The notes: generated by a model from the sequence alone, not told the origin. Counted from the whole stretch's first letter, positions 39,598 through 52,199 are shown. The stretch is DNA of 63,372 nucleotides, filler included, from Folioceros fuciformis (GCA_049999805.1; 3 parts of 3 records of this genome joined end to end with filler, not necessarily neighbours in it); one strand, 5' to 3'. Translations and numbers: made by a program.

Positions 39598-42500
39598 CTA
39601 ACCATGCTGCTTGCCCAATATTTTTTCCATGGCTACAACAAGCTCAGTAGCGCTGAATGGTTTGCCAAGATAACCATCCATGCCAGAGTAAAAACAAACA
39701 TCTTGATAACCCTGTATAGCATGTGCCGTAGAACCTAAGATTGGGAGCCTCCTCAGACCCTCTGCTTCCTCTGCGTCCCTTATCTTCCTTGTGGCTTCCA
39801 GACCGTCTATCTTCGGCATCTGCAACAACAAATAGACATTTAAAATGTTTCGTATGTCAGAATCGCACCAACCAACAAGACAAGACACAGGCAGCGTACG
39901 AGTGGGCACAGCAGACGACCACTCAAGACAAAGGAAAGTGGAAGGCACCTGTACATCCATGACTATAAAATCCAACAACTCGTGATTGGCTTTTACAAAC
40001 TCGAGGGCCTGCAGTCCATCTTCCACCACCGTAACAATATGTCCTTGCCTTTGTAGCAGGCGGCATGCTACCTTCTGGTTGATGACGTTGTCCTCTGCAA
40101 GAAGAACGTTTAGACCCCTTGTTGCTGACTTCATGGGAGAAGCTGTTCTTTCTTGCAGTTCCCGGCAATTACGTGGTTCTTGCCGCGTATTCACACTCCC
40201 ACTCGCCATTTCTGTCACACCCCCGTTTGGTTGCCTACTACTACTGCCTAGAACAGTTGAGGACCCACATGTTATGCAAGCGTCGTACACAGCTGTGGTT
40301 GCAGGATCTGCACACTGCTCCACTTCCAAGGGCTGCCTCGCTTCCAGTTTCTGTTCGTGCTCACCTCCTGCTTCAATATCTACATCATTACAATGTTCCC
40401 TTGCACTTGGCTGTCCCAGGGCCCCATGAGAACCGCTAAATGACAAGGCCTGCTGTCTTGCTTCGGCGATGGAGTCCATCCTTTGGAAGGTAGCAGCATC
40501 TCTCCTGGCTTTCTCTAACCCTAAAGTGGCACGCACCTCAGACAACAACCTTGCTCTCAAGCATGAGCCTGAAGCAGCATTTTTGGAAGGGCCGTCGGCG
40601 CGACTTAAACCGGAATCTCTAAGGCTGCCTTCCCGACCAGGCAGCAGTCGCGAGTTACACACATCCTCATCCTCCTCTTGTGAAAGGATGGTGCCAGGCT
40701 GGTTCACACAAGTTGCAGCAGCTCCCAGAGATAGTGACGTAGACTTCCTATGGGACTTACCAGACCAGAAAAGCCTATGAAGAGCTCCTGGATCAGACAT
40801 GCTCCTTTCCAGAGGACCATGAGACACATACTTCGTCCTGGCCCGGGCTTCCTGATGCTGGCCCCCTCTCAAACTGCCCCCTCGCTCTTCGTGTGGGGCT
40901 TGTTTTGCCTCTAGAGCAGCATGCTGCAAAGCCTCAGGAGAATGGGAATCCTGCGGGGCAGTCAAGACCGCATTCCCTGTCACAGAGGAAAGCGTACAGA
41001 GACCCCTCAGCCCTGTGCTGAGAAGTACTTCCTCTACAGCCGAGATGATGCTACGCAAAAGAAACCCCACTACTGGATACCCTTCCATTCTCCCCACGGT
41101 GTCCGACGAGCAAAAGACTGTCCAGAGCTATACCATACATACCTGTGACAGCCAGGGCTGCACTAGCCTTTGGAGGTGTTGACAGCACAGACGATTCGCC
41201 GAGATCTCCAGAATCCGAGATACGGACTTGCAAGTCTCTGGCATTCGTGTCAAAATCCACTGGAATGGCAAAGAAGAATGCACTTCCAGAACCCAGCTGA
41301 CTTTCTGCCCAGATGTGTCCACCCAGCAGCTCGCAAAACCTGCGAGGAGAAGGCGAAACCCCACGTAAGGCATGCACAAGAATGCCGCAAGGCAAAGAAA
41401 AGCGCAGAGCAGCAGGCTCGTGGGAGCAGGCAGCGGCAGAGCATACCGTTGCACGATACACAGACCGAGGCCAGTCCCACCATAAAGCCGAGACGTAGAG
41501 GCATCGGCCTGGGTAAACGGATTAAACATATCCTGCAGCTTTTCACTGCTGATCCCAATGCCGGTATCACGCACTTCGAAAAGCACATCCGCTCTCCCGT
41601 CCCGCCCCATCTCCGAAAGCGGCTGGGACACTCTACCAGGCACATGCTCTGACTGCGGCTCCAAGACATCAATCACGGTGGAGCTGGAAGTCTCATCCAC
41701 AGGCTCCACCTTGAGCCCGGGGCCTGGCCAGCTGGACCAGCTCCGCAGCCTAGGCAGTGCACTCTCTTTCCTTGTACTCGCCAGAGGCTGCCTGTGCAAC
41801 GAGACCTTCACCGTGACCGATCCCTGTTGCGTAAACTTCAAGGCATTACCAACTGCAGCCTCGAAACCAAGAGAGCCAAAGGTGAGGCGTGCTGCTGCAG
41901 GCGTCTGCAGGCACACACACATAGCGTCCACTTGAACTTCACGAGAGACAAGGGAAGAGAAGAGAGAGAGCACAACGGTGCCACAAGGCTCTCCAGAGTG
42001 CAAACTCACGCACGAAACTCACCAAGATTCAGCAGGCACTGCTGCACCTTCCCCGGATCCCCGTTGCACAAATCTGGCACGTCGGCATCCACGCACCACT
42101 TCAGCAGCAGCCCCCGGGCCTGCGCCCTGGGCAGCAGCATCCGCATGGTGCTCGTCACCGTCCGCCGCATGCTGAACTGCACGCACTCCACGTCCAACCT
42201 CCCCGCCTCGATCTTGGCCAGGTCCAGAATGCTGTTGATGATGTGCAGCAGCAGGTCCGCGCACTCCTTGAGCGAGAGCAGATTGTCTCGCTGGTCCGCG
42301 TTCAGAGAGGACTCCAGCAGTAAGCCCGTCATCCCCAGAATCCCATGAATCGGAGTCCTGCATTCAACAACAAACCCAACAGCCCCGGGCCACAGCCCGC
42401 CCACCCCTTCTCATCAGTCCCGGGCCACAGCCGAGCCACCAAAGCTGTATATCTCTCCACGGCCCTCTACAGGTACGAAGGTGATAATAAACATTCAAAG

Positions 42501-43797
42501 TCTGCATGTGGTGTGCATAGAGAGGCAGAGGCATTTGCCTGATCTCATGGCTCATGTTGGCCAGAAAGTCACTCTTGGCATGACTGGCCTTCTCCGCCCG
42601 GGCCTGGCTGGCCTCCAGCTCCTTCACCTTGTGCTGCACGGCCTTGGTCCGCTCCTCCACCTGCTGCTCCAAGTGCTGGTTGTACCCGCTGAGCTGACGG
42701 GCCAACTGCTTGTTCTCCGTGACGGCAGCGGCGAGAAAAATTCCCACCAGTGCCACCACGGCCACGTAGAGCTCGATCTGCACCAGCAGCTTGGGGGAAC
42801 TGGGCTCCTGGCGGCCGGACATCTGGTAGAAGGCCCCGCGCTGGTTGATAGTCGCCCAGCTGCAGATGAGCGCGTTGCAGAGCACCACCAGCGCCCAGCC
42901 CCACCTGGGCTGCAAGAACACCCCAGCCACCACCACCGGGAAGACGAGGTAGGGAAGGGGGCGGACGACGGGCGTGGTGACGAAGCAGAAGATGAGCACC
43001 TGGAGCCCGACGCTGACGCCGTGGAAGCACACGAACTGCGCGACAGCCCGCCAGCGCGGGCACAGGCAAAGGCGGAGGCAACGGACGGGGCAAAAGGGCC
43101 CCAGCCCGGCCGCGGCGGCATACAGGTGCACCAGGAAGGGCGTCACGGAGAGCATGGCAGCCACCACCCCGAAGCACCAAGTCCCCCAGAAACGGGCCAC
43201 ATCCGCCCACGCCACCAGGCCGCTGGCACACTGGGAGAGCGCGATGAGCGTCTCGAAGGAGAGCGCGGAGAGCAGGACCGCAGCCACGAACTTGCATGCG
43301 TCGCCGGTGGTGTCGATGGTGGGGATCCGGCGCCTGCGCCTTTGGCAATCCCGGGAGAAGAAGCGACGCATCACCATGCCACCCGCCTGCACCTCGAGCG
43401 TGGCCAGCATCGCCATGAACAGAATCATGAGGACACGCACGGCGGTGATGTCCTTCCTGGCGTAGAGCATCTGGACGGTGAAGAAGCCCACGTAGGAGCC
43501 CGCGGACACAGCCGGGCCCAACAAGGCCGCCGCTGCCAGCCCCGCCGCCCTGGGCAGGTACACGGGGAAGATAACAGTCTTGTCCACCCGCTCCCGCACC
43601 GGGGACACGGAGAATCGGTACAAGAAGGTCCCCGTGGCCACAATCATGATCAGCACGGCCGCGTTGTGCACCAAGCTCCACGGGGTCTTCCACTCCCGCC
43701 TGGGCTCCCCCTGCTCCCCCTGCTGCTCCTGCACTTCCTGCTCCCAGCTCCACCCCATTGTGGAGTACTCCTGCTCCTCGGACCCACTGCGCTCCAT
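39598..43797 (-). CDS. Membrane-bound hybrid histidine kinase (MASE1-like multi-TM sensor, HisKA, HATPase, receiver)
   Basis: Exon 1 (43797-42539) encodes many hydrophobic segments, a coiled coil and [13 protein letters not shown]. Exon 2 (42357-42023) gives TPIHGILG...[11 protein letters not shown]-box [13 protein letters not shown]1/F/G2 boxes [21 protein letters not shown], and receiver LLAEDN...MDVQMP...GKPF. The MASE1 call comes from architecture and motif resemblance only. Confidence 0.93.
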
Positions 43798-43914
43798 CTC
43801 TCCCACTCCACCCTACTACGCCCTCACGCCTGCCACTGAAGGACACCACAATCCAGCCAGCGCCTCCTGCTGGCCCGCACCAATTCCACCTCCCACTCCC
43901 TCGTCCTCGTCCTC

Positions 43915-43956
43915 GTCCCCGTCCCCGTCCCCGTCCCCGTCCCCGTCCCCGTCCCC
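43915..43956 (-). repeat. (GGGGAC)7 hexamer repeat upstream of the kinase ATG
   Basis: Seven perfect GTCCCC units on the plus strand, preceded by GTCCTC variants. Confidence 0.97.
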
Positions 43957-44613
43957 GAGCAGCTGCGTGACAATCTCATGCTCTGGACAGGCGCAGGAAC
44001 AGCGAGCATCAGGCAGAGCGAGTCCCACAGTCACCACAAGCGCAGTTGAGGCGGTTGGCATGGGTGAGCTCGCCTCCGCGCATTGGGATGCGCGACTACC
44101 AGCTTCCCGAGCGCACCCGATCGGGCAACTGCACTCTCCACGAATCCGATTCTGCCTTTCCGCTGCCAGTTCTTCCCACTCGCACATTCTCAAGGCAGAA
44201 CAGAAAAGACAGGCATGCACGAAACGGGCAATTTTGCCCACTTATTCACGCCGCAGGCCCACGCGTCGACCGCCCAGTGCCGGACACCTGCCCTCGGCGC
44301 TATCAGTCGGGGAATGCAGCCGCGCTGACCCGTGTCATAACGCCGACAAATATTCGACTTTTAATATCACACATATTAAACACCAGCACGTACAGTATGT
44401 GCTCTCTTACCTGCGCAGGGAACAATTCCCAACGAGCCAACAATTTGAGACCCCCAACCCGATCCAAACCACACAGCGTTTACTATATACCTACGCACGA
44501 GCCCCCTCGTCCCGACGCCAAAGCCGGCATCGTTACCATCTACGTTAAGTTCCCAGTAGCTGCGTCTGTGTGCTGGGGTGTTCACTCACGTTAGCGTTGG
44601 GTTATCTGCTTGG

Positions 44614-47512
44614 TCACATGTGGCCCTTCAAGGCTTCCTGGATGTCTTCGTGTTTCCGCAACTTGGCTTCGTCCGCAGGGGTGTTCCCATTTCTGCAACA
44701 GAGACGATATTCTGGTCTTTAGGAAGACGAACCCACAATTGTGATTAGTTTTTTAGAGAGCGGGGAACGCGGGAGAGTTACCTGGATCTGACGGACACGT
44801 CAGCGCCCAGTTCGAGGAGGAGTTTCACGGCTTCCACAGTCCCGTAAGCGACAGCAATGTGCAGCGCGGTCTGCTTGCCATAGTCCTCGCTGTTGATATC
44901 CAGGCCGTGGAGGACCAAACGCTTCACATACTCCATGTCACCACAAGCTGCTGCTTGGCAGAGCTCCAGACCTGGATCCTGCCACCACTTGCCACGTTAA
45001 GTCATCCGTCCCTCAAATGGAGGGCGACATATACAGCCCAAGCTACCAAGGCACACACCATCTCACCTCCAGTAGAAGAGCCGCGCCATGCTGACACAGA
45101 AGTTCGGCGACCTTGTCATGGCCCGCCTTCAAAGTGCTCACCAAGGCAGTCCGGCCCCACACATCTGGCGCGTTGGGAAGTTAGCATGTCACCGCCCTCA
45201 ATAACGGGTTGTTATCACAATCCTGATCACAAGGAACGGGAGAAGCTGCAGGTGGAATTTTTGGCTACCTTTCGCATTCACGTCCTCGCCTATCCCTATC
45301 AGGAGCTCCACACAGTCGAGGTGACCGTTCATGGCTGCTACATGCTAAACATAGAGCACACACAAACAAGTGTTACATCGTGCGAATCACCAGTTAATGA
45401 GGAAAGAACGAAACAACGCCAACGAGAACCAGGATTGGTCTCAACAATCATATACTACTCAGCAAGCATCACCCCATCCAAGTCCACTAAAAGGAAAAGA
45501 CTCAACCCGAAAGTCCCAGCCAAGTATCGGCAGCGCCACTCCTGCCCGGACACCTGCCCCAGCTCTGAAGCAGGCTTGACGAGCCAAGTTCGCGACCCTC
45601 CAGCACCAATAGATAAACACTGACACGTCTACACTTGACTAAAGACCACGTAGACGTACTTCCACGCTGACTCCTAGAACATAGAACAGAAAGGGGCGAA
45701 TGATTTCCAACTGCAAAACCCTACCAGCCGCTTAATACTTGTGAATGCAAGCAACAATGTTGGGCCAGTGTGTTCCAGTCATGTCATCATCAAGCAGAAA
45801 CTGAGCTGCTTGTTGATGCAAGGATTGCTGGCTTCACAGCTTTTTTTTCCCTGGTAGGTTTCTCTTCGGACTTGCCGCAACATACCACCAGCAGCAAACA
45901 GCAAAAGCTGCTGCTACAGTCACTGGCAAAATAGAGTGGAGAACATGCATCCACAAACCACAGAGTGATGGTCAAATCCCGCAAGACATCCTACCTATCC
46001 TGTCAATGCTCAAGCACGAGCAACCAACAGACTTCCATCAATAAGCCTGCATGCCCCACGTTACCCCTGCACGTCACACACTATCGAGAAGCTAGAAACA
46101 ACAGCTGGGCCAACTTTCACGGCTGCAATACCCTGCAAAAACACAACACCATCCTCTCCGACCTCACAGTGAAATCTGAACAATTCAGTGTAGGGAGAAG
46201 CTGTGAAGTTGGAATAGATACCAATGCTGTCCGCCCCAAGAAATCAGAAGAAGGCGCACTGCCAGCCCGCAAGGCTTGTCGTAGTGATGCCACATCTCCC
46301 TTCTCCGCAAAGGTCCAAACATCTTGAGTTGATCCACTTGTCGCAGCACTCGACACAGCTTGGGCATCAGCAGCCTGTGGCGGCTGACCGAGCTTTCTTA
46401 AAGCAATGGCAAACTCGAAGGTAGCTATGGTGTACTGGCCAGCTTGCACAGGGTTAAGAATGTCGATGATCTCCCTCAGAGCACGGCATCGCAACATCTC
46501 TGCCTCAACAACCAGCTGGCGCAATGCAGCAAGCTTGGGCGCAATCGCATCTCGTATCCTAGAGAGATCAAAAGATTCACTCGGTGGAGGCTCTGCCAGT
46601 GTTGCGCTTGCCAAGGGTTGGTCAGCCACATTCATCTGCAGTCCAGGAAACGAAGGCTCGCAGATCAAACAAGACGTCCAAAAACTCTCACACAGCATGC
46701 ACACTTGTTATTTACGCCTCTCCCATCTGGTCTACTAGCAGAACCTTTTTCCGGTCACATTTACCTACCTATCCATCAGCAGAAATCGGGCGTTTCCTCG
46801 CGATGCAGGAAAAGAAGGGAAGAAATAGGACAAGAAAAGGACGATTCAAGAAAAAAGACACATCACGTGACAAATTCTCCCACTGCTTTCCCTGGCAAGA
46901 CCAACACTGTTATGACGCGAACCTGCAAAACTGCACTAGGATCAGCCATCTCCCTCAGTCTGGCCACCTTAAGAAAAGGAGCATCCAGCTCACCACAGCA
47001 CACACAGTCGCTGCTACCTGCTGCAGGGCGAAGTTCTTGTCAATGCTGTCCTCCTCGTCCCGCAGATGTCGTTGCAATGAGTCCACCTTGTGAATTTGAG
47101 TACTGGAAAGAGATGCCAGCGCTGGCACGTCGCAGCCTTCTAGCAGACTCAGCAAATCTGCCTGGAACTCGTGGCCGGCTGTCAACTTTGGAAAGGATTC
47201 CTTCACCTGCGCTCCCATCAAGGAGAAGAGGAGGACGGTGGCTGTGATTGGCCTGTAGCCCCCTAGCCATAGCAAGCCCGATATGTAAGAGGTCTGCCAC
47301 CGGCCTCCCGCCACATACGACAAGTCCTCCTCAGCAACCTGAGTCTTGACCCGCGCACAATCATGGTACAGCTTGCAACAGCTTTCCACAAGCAGGATGA
47401 TCTCCTGGTCCGAGTGGTGCTGATCCAAAGCCTTGCGCAGAGCTGCGAGCTGGTGTTTCGCCTGGTCCAGCCAGTCGGCGTAGAATCTCTCAAATCCTTC
47501 TCCCACATTCAT
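44614..47512 (-). CDS. DOG1-domain protein with C-terminal ankyrin repeats, 6 exons
   Basis: Exons 47512-47018, 46635-46222, 45344-45269, 45164-45067, 44978-44782 and 44692-44614, all GT-AG and in frame. DOG1 motifs FERFYADW, WQTSY..LLWLGGYRP and AEMLRCRALREIIDILNPVQAGQY. Ankyrin motifs GRTALHVAA, GRTALV, KQTALHIAV and GNTPADEA. Confidence 0.92.
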
Positions 47513-48250
47513 GGCGTCCGACGCTCATTGGAGGACTCAGGAAAGCAATCCAGACGGTGTCGCCACCTGAGGCTGCAAGCGGAGGAGTGCGACACTCCAC
47601 ACCATATAAGTAAATAAAGTCTCGACCCGACCTTAGCGCGGCCAGCTCCAGGACAACTTGATCGGAAGAGACGGTGAGACTCAGAGCACGAATGCAATAG
47701 GGAATATGAAGTACATACTCCTGGGCCTCTCAACTTACGTCGTCACTAGCACTGGGCGCGTACGTATGTACCTGGACAGCTTCACCCCGTCACTCTCGTA
47801 CTAGTTTTCAAAGAAGTTTGATTTGTGAGCGTTAGGGTTTTTCTCGAGTCACTAGATTTCGGTGCTTGAGTCAGCAAGTACATATAGCAAATATTGTAAG
47901 ATATAGAATTTTCATTTGACAATGAGGTCTAATAAGAACAAACAAAAAGCAGATAGACTCTTTCTTTTAGAAAGGAGATAGGAAGACCATCTATTTCAAG
48001 CCTTCCTATGTCCCTTCAAAAGAACAACCCACACAATGAAAAGTGCAACAACTAACTCCTATTGTCATTCATTGTATGTATACTTTCCTTTTGAAATGAA
48101 AGTTTCATAGTTCAAGATATGAAAGAACCATCCTTGTGAAAGATGTCACTTGCTCTGCAACATATTGTCGTCCTAAACATTGTGTTGGCTAGCACCCATT
48201 GTAGGACAATGAACAATCTTTGTCATCAAGCAACAAACTAAGATTGGACT

Positions 48251-48432
48251 AGGCAGTCTACATTTTCATAGCTCCGTTGGTCATGGCAACAAACTTTGTC
48301 AAAGGTTGGTTAGGCTCATCCAACTGGAGAGTTCTTAGCAATCCAAAAGTTAAGTGTAGAAAGACCCATGCCAAACAACCTTTGACAAAGTTGTTGCCCT
48401 ATCCAACGGAGCTCTGAAAATGCAGCCCGCCT
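48251..48432. mobile_element. MITE-like long inverted repeat
   Basis: Arm 48251-48315 (AGGCAGTCTACATTTTCATAGCTCCGTTGG...CTTTGTCAAAGGTTG) is an imperfect reverse complement of 48369-48432. No clear TSD. Confidence 0.75.
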
Positions 48433-50372
48433 CCTCTGCTTTTCTGAACCATGTGAAAAAGCGGAATGGAGGGAATGATACATATCAGCGTGTTGATACG
48501 CGGACTGCTAGTCTGGAAGGGTGCAGAGACGTTCTCCACGATCATCAGTGTTTGTCATGGATTGTGTGCCTGTTGGTTTGGGCCACCGACGTCGGATCAC
48601 CGGCATGGGGTGGCAACACAGGCAGCCTTGCCTTCCACCTGTCTGCATGCCGCGCCTTCAGGCGGTTGTTGGCCATCCCTAAACGCGTTTTCAAGCGGCG
48701 GGGGATGGAATTAATAAGCAGGGAAAGATGGCGTCGGACATCGCTGCGCAGAAAGACAAGATTCCTCAGCAAGAAATCAATGTTGTGGTAGGTCAGCGGC
48801 CTCTGGATGAGATTCCGGTCATCGACAAGCAGTCACCGGAAGAAAGTGGAACCACGGGAACGGGTGTTCGCGCACTCCTCAATCCAACTCTTGTTTCTTG
48901 CTTGAACTTCAGTTTTGAAGCTCGAATGCTGGTTTAACTTATTCAACATAATCCTGTCCGCCCCCGCCTTGAGTCTGGCAGGCATGGGAGGGAAAGGGCG
49001 GTCCGGGCAGGAAAATTATGAGGATGGGGGCGGCGCCGCTGAGGCGCCTGGGAGCAGGCAGGACACCAATTTCTTCCTCTAACTGCCTGACGCTCGGGCA
49101 GGGAACGACGGGTAAAAGGGAGGCAGGTTTGTAGGAACGGCGTGAACGAGGTGAGAACATGGTGTGTAGGACTGACATTTGGATGCCCTCGCGTTTGTAC
49201 TGTGACGGGACGGTCCTTCTCGAGCCGCAAACGCGTTTTGCCTCTGAATTTTTCGCTCAGGCGACAAGGCATTTTGTATGAGTTTCCTCTACAGTGTCCG
49301 CTTCAACAGTCCAAAATGCTTGCCAATTTGATCCCAACAACGGACATTTTCGTATGTTTTGTCGTCCCATGGTCACCATCGTTCGTAAAATATGTTCCAT
49401 AAATGTGCACCCGAATCTACGTCCCTGGGAAATCTGCTGTTGTCCAATGGCAGTTAGCTCTTGTCCAAGGTCGAGCTGTGCCACTTGAACTAAATAGCGT
49501 AGATGACAAAATGTATCTAATGCACCAGTACATACAACAGAATCACGTCTCACGTTACGAGGACAAGGGAACGTTTGCTGCGGCAGCGGAGAGACCTGAC
49601 TGGCATTAGTAAACATAAGACCGGTGACGGATGAGATGGGTAAAAGCTTCGCAATGTAGTAGAACAGTCTTCAAGAAAGCAGAAGCAACTCTGATAGGGC
49701 GGCGAGCGGCTTCTGTTCCAACCCTCCCTTGCGTAATGCATCGCTGTGTATCACGGTACGTTTTCAGTCCACAGTGAGTGCACTCAAGACTGAGTTTATT
49801 CTGCGATCCCCAGGAGGGAGAAGAAACAATACAGGACATCCAAAGAGCTGCCGCCCTATTAGCATTCACAGCACTGGCCACAATGTGATACCTCTTGAAT
49901 AATGCTAGCCCCACAGTAAACATCCGGACTGATAACATCCCTGTCCTCTCAGCAAAACTAGCTGAGGAACACCAGCCCTTGGGAATGATGTACAATTACA
50001 ACCTCAAGTGAAATGCAAGGTGCCCAAGTCTCACCTGAATTTTCAACAACAGCCCCCTACCCTAGGCACACAGTGCAAGCTTGCTCCAGGGAAACTGTCA
50101 CCTCACAAATAGATGAAGCCACCCTCTCAAGGCAAACTCGCATGTCAGACCTCTCAACACTTGCTACCCCACCAATCATGCGCCTTAAAGCTGCTGGACT
50201 CATAAATAAGTCTCAAAACTCTCTACTACACTGCCTTGAGACAGCGGAACATTCGTCGCAATCAACAGGTGCCGGGTATCAGCAAGCAGTTTCTTCTCTG
50301 TTGCACCAACTCTTGACATACACAGAAGACATGTAACGAAAATGTGGTCATTGAACATGACTTGGCTGGCAC

Positions 50373-52199
50373 TCATCTGTTTCCAGGTGGAGTGCTGTCA
50401 CCGTTAGTCGTGCGGCTTCCCTCAGCTGCACCGCCGGTTAACGCAAGAATGTCCGGCGTTATCTCCCAGCTTCCGCTTTTCCGACCCCAGCTCGACCGCC
50501 TGGGGTGAGGCGCACTCCTTGGCTCATGATTATCATGAGTCAGAGGCCGCCCAAAGCCAGGGGCAAATGCGTCCTCATATCCATCTTTGCTATCCATGGG
50601 CAGATCTCCAACGTCACTCACACGAGTGTGCAGGTCACCCAATACCTCTTCTGTGGGTACAGGCCATGACGTTTTCCCCAGTTCAACGTCAGTTGACGGT
50701 TTCATCCCATCCGATCGGGTCAATTCGTTGTCTGAAACCTGAGAATGGATCTGCCCAGACGAAGGCTCCAACTCCGCTCTGGCACGAAACTTGTTCTTAG
50801 ATTTCTCAATTTTGGTGAAAAATATCTCCTGGAAATTCCTCCACACTCCCCGGTTGTATGGATTCACCTTACTGTCATAGCGGTACCTGAAGTTTTCATA
50901 GGTTGTCTGCACAACACACAACAGGACGGATCAGATGCGTACCCTAGTGCGGTGCGCTGAGCTGAGCTCCAGGTCATTGATCATGCTGATGGGGGGCTAG
51001 CATGGGGCGGCAGAAAGCGCACCATGTTCTCAGTACGCTCTAACCAAACATCACACCAACGACTGTGAGGGGGAGGGGAGTGCTTTTGTCAACCAAGGCG
51101 GACCGTGCAACATTGGCTGACGCACAGACAAAAGGCTGACCACAGCAACAGCAAAGCTATCTCTGCTCTCTCAGAAGTAAGAGGCTATCGTTACAACAAC
51201 AAAGNNNNNNNNNNNNNNNNNNNNNNNNNNNNNNNNNNNNNNNNNNNNNNNNNNNNNNNNNNNNNNNNNNNNNNNNNNNNNNNNNNNNNNNNNNNNNNNN
51301 NNNNGTCCTTGGAAAAGAAAGGCAGACAAAACGAGGCAAAGCAAAAGAAAAAGCAAGAGGAGCCCCTAGTTGGAGATTTCCAACCACAAGCAAAGAAAAA
51401 GGAAAAGTCCGGCTGAAACACGGCTGACCTGATTGGTGCTGATGAGGTACAGGTGAAACATGGTAAGCCCACCAACAAACCACACTGCTACGAATGTGTA
51501 TACCATGAGCACAATGGATGCAGGAGCATGTGCCAAAGCCCTCCACACTGTTCGCGAGTGACCCGTTTCGGGCTTCATGTGAAACTTGATGCTCCAAGCC
51601 GACACGGAAAACACAAAAATGCACAATAGGGTGGTGGAGAAGACAAACATGAAGAAGAACCTGTAATTTCGCTGGCCAATGCACTGCCCGACCCATGGAC
51701 AGTGGTGGTCAAAGCGCTGGACGCAGTTGTTACAGATGGAGCAGTGAGAGCAGCGGGGAGGTCTGTATAGCATGCAAGTATCGCAATACTTGGTCTTGAC
51801 CGCCACGCCATTGACAATCACATCCTTAGTGCGAGGAAAGCGGAGCCTGGGCGTCTGGCCACCCCACTCAGCTGGAGACGCAGCATTGTCATGATCCTCT
51901 TCAGGCTCTGGCGGATGCGTATTCCTCGGGAGAATACCGGGATCCCTTCCTGACGTGAGCAGCAGCAGGAAGAGAAGCCCTATCATGTAGACCAAGGTGA
52001 CCGCAATAATGGCTACCCCCCAGACGTGGTCTATCCTCTTGAGCAAGTCCCTCCCAACAAAGGAGCAGAAAATGACGGTGGGCACGACGATGAGGAAAAT
52101 GGTGAAAGCCAGAGACCTGACATCCGGGCCGAATATTAATCTCCCGCCGAGGAAAAACCTGTTGTGCCCTTTCCACTCCTCGTAGACACGCTTGGCCAT
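50373..52199 (-). CDS. PAT: DHHC palmitoyltransferase (protein S-acyltransferase, Erf2-like plant clade), 2 coding exons
   Basis: MAKRVYEEWKGHNRFFLGGRLIFGPD, DPG, KYCDTCMLYRPPRCSHCSICNNCVQRFDHHCPWVGQCIG and TTYENFRY. Exons 52199-51429 and 50906-50373; an alternative ATG lies at 52253. Confidence 0.96.

Noticed and set aside
42539-43797. High GC and lack of introns in the sensor exon as proof of recent horizontal transfer
   Set aside because: Other 5' exons here (BIG, tubulin, coiled-coil gene) are similarly GC-rich; only phylogeny can decide.
42481-43849. 452-aa antisense and 426-aa alternate-frame ORFs over kinase exon 1
   Set aside because: Expected shadows of a very GC-rich CDS; low-complexity products without motifs.
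48440-49995. Several 60-130 aa ORFs on both strands
   Set aside because: No motifs and no consistent exon chain; cannot support a gene call.
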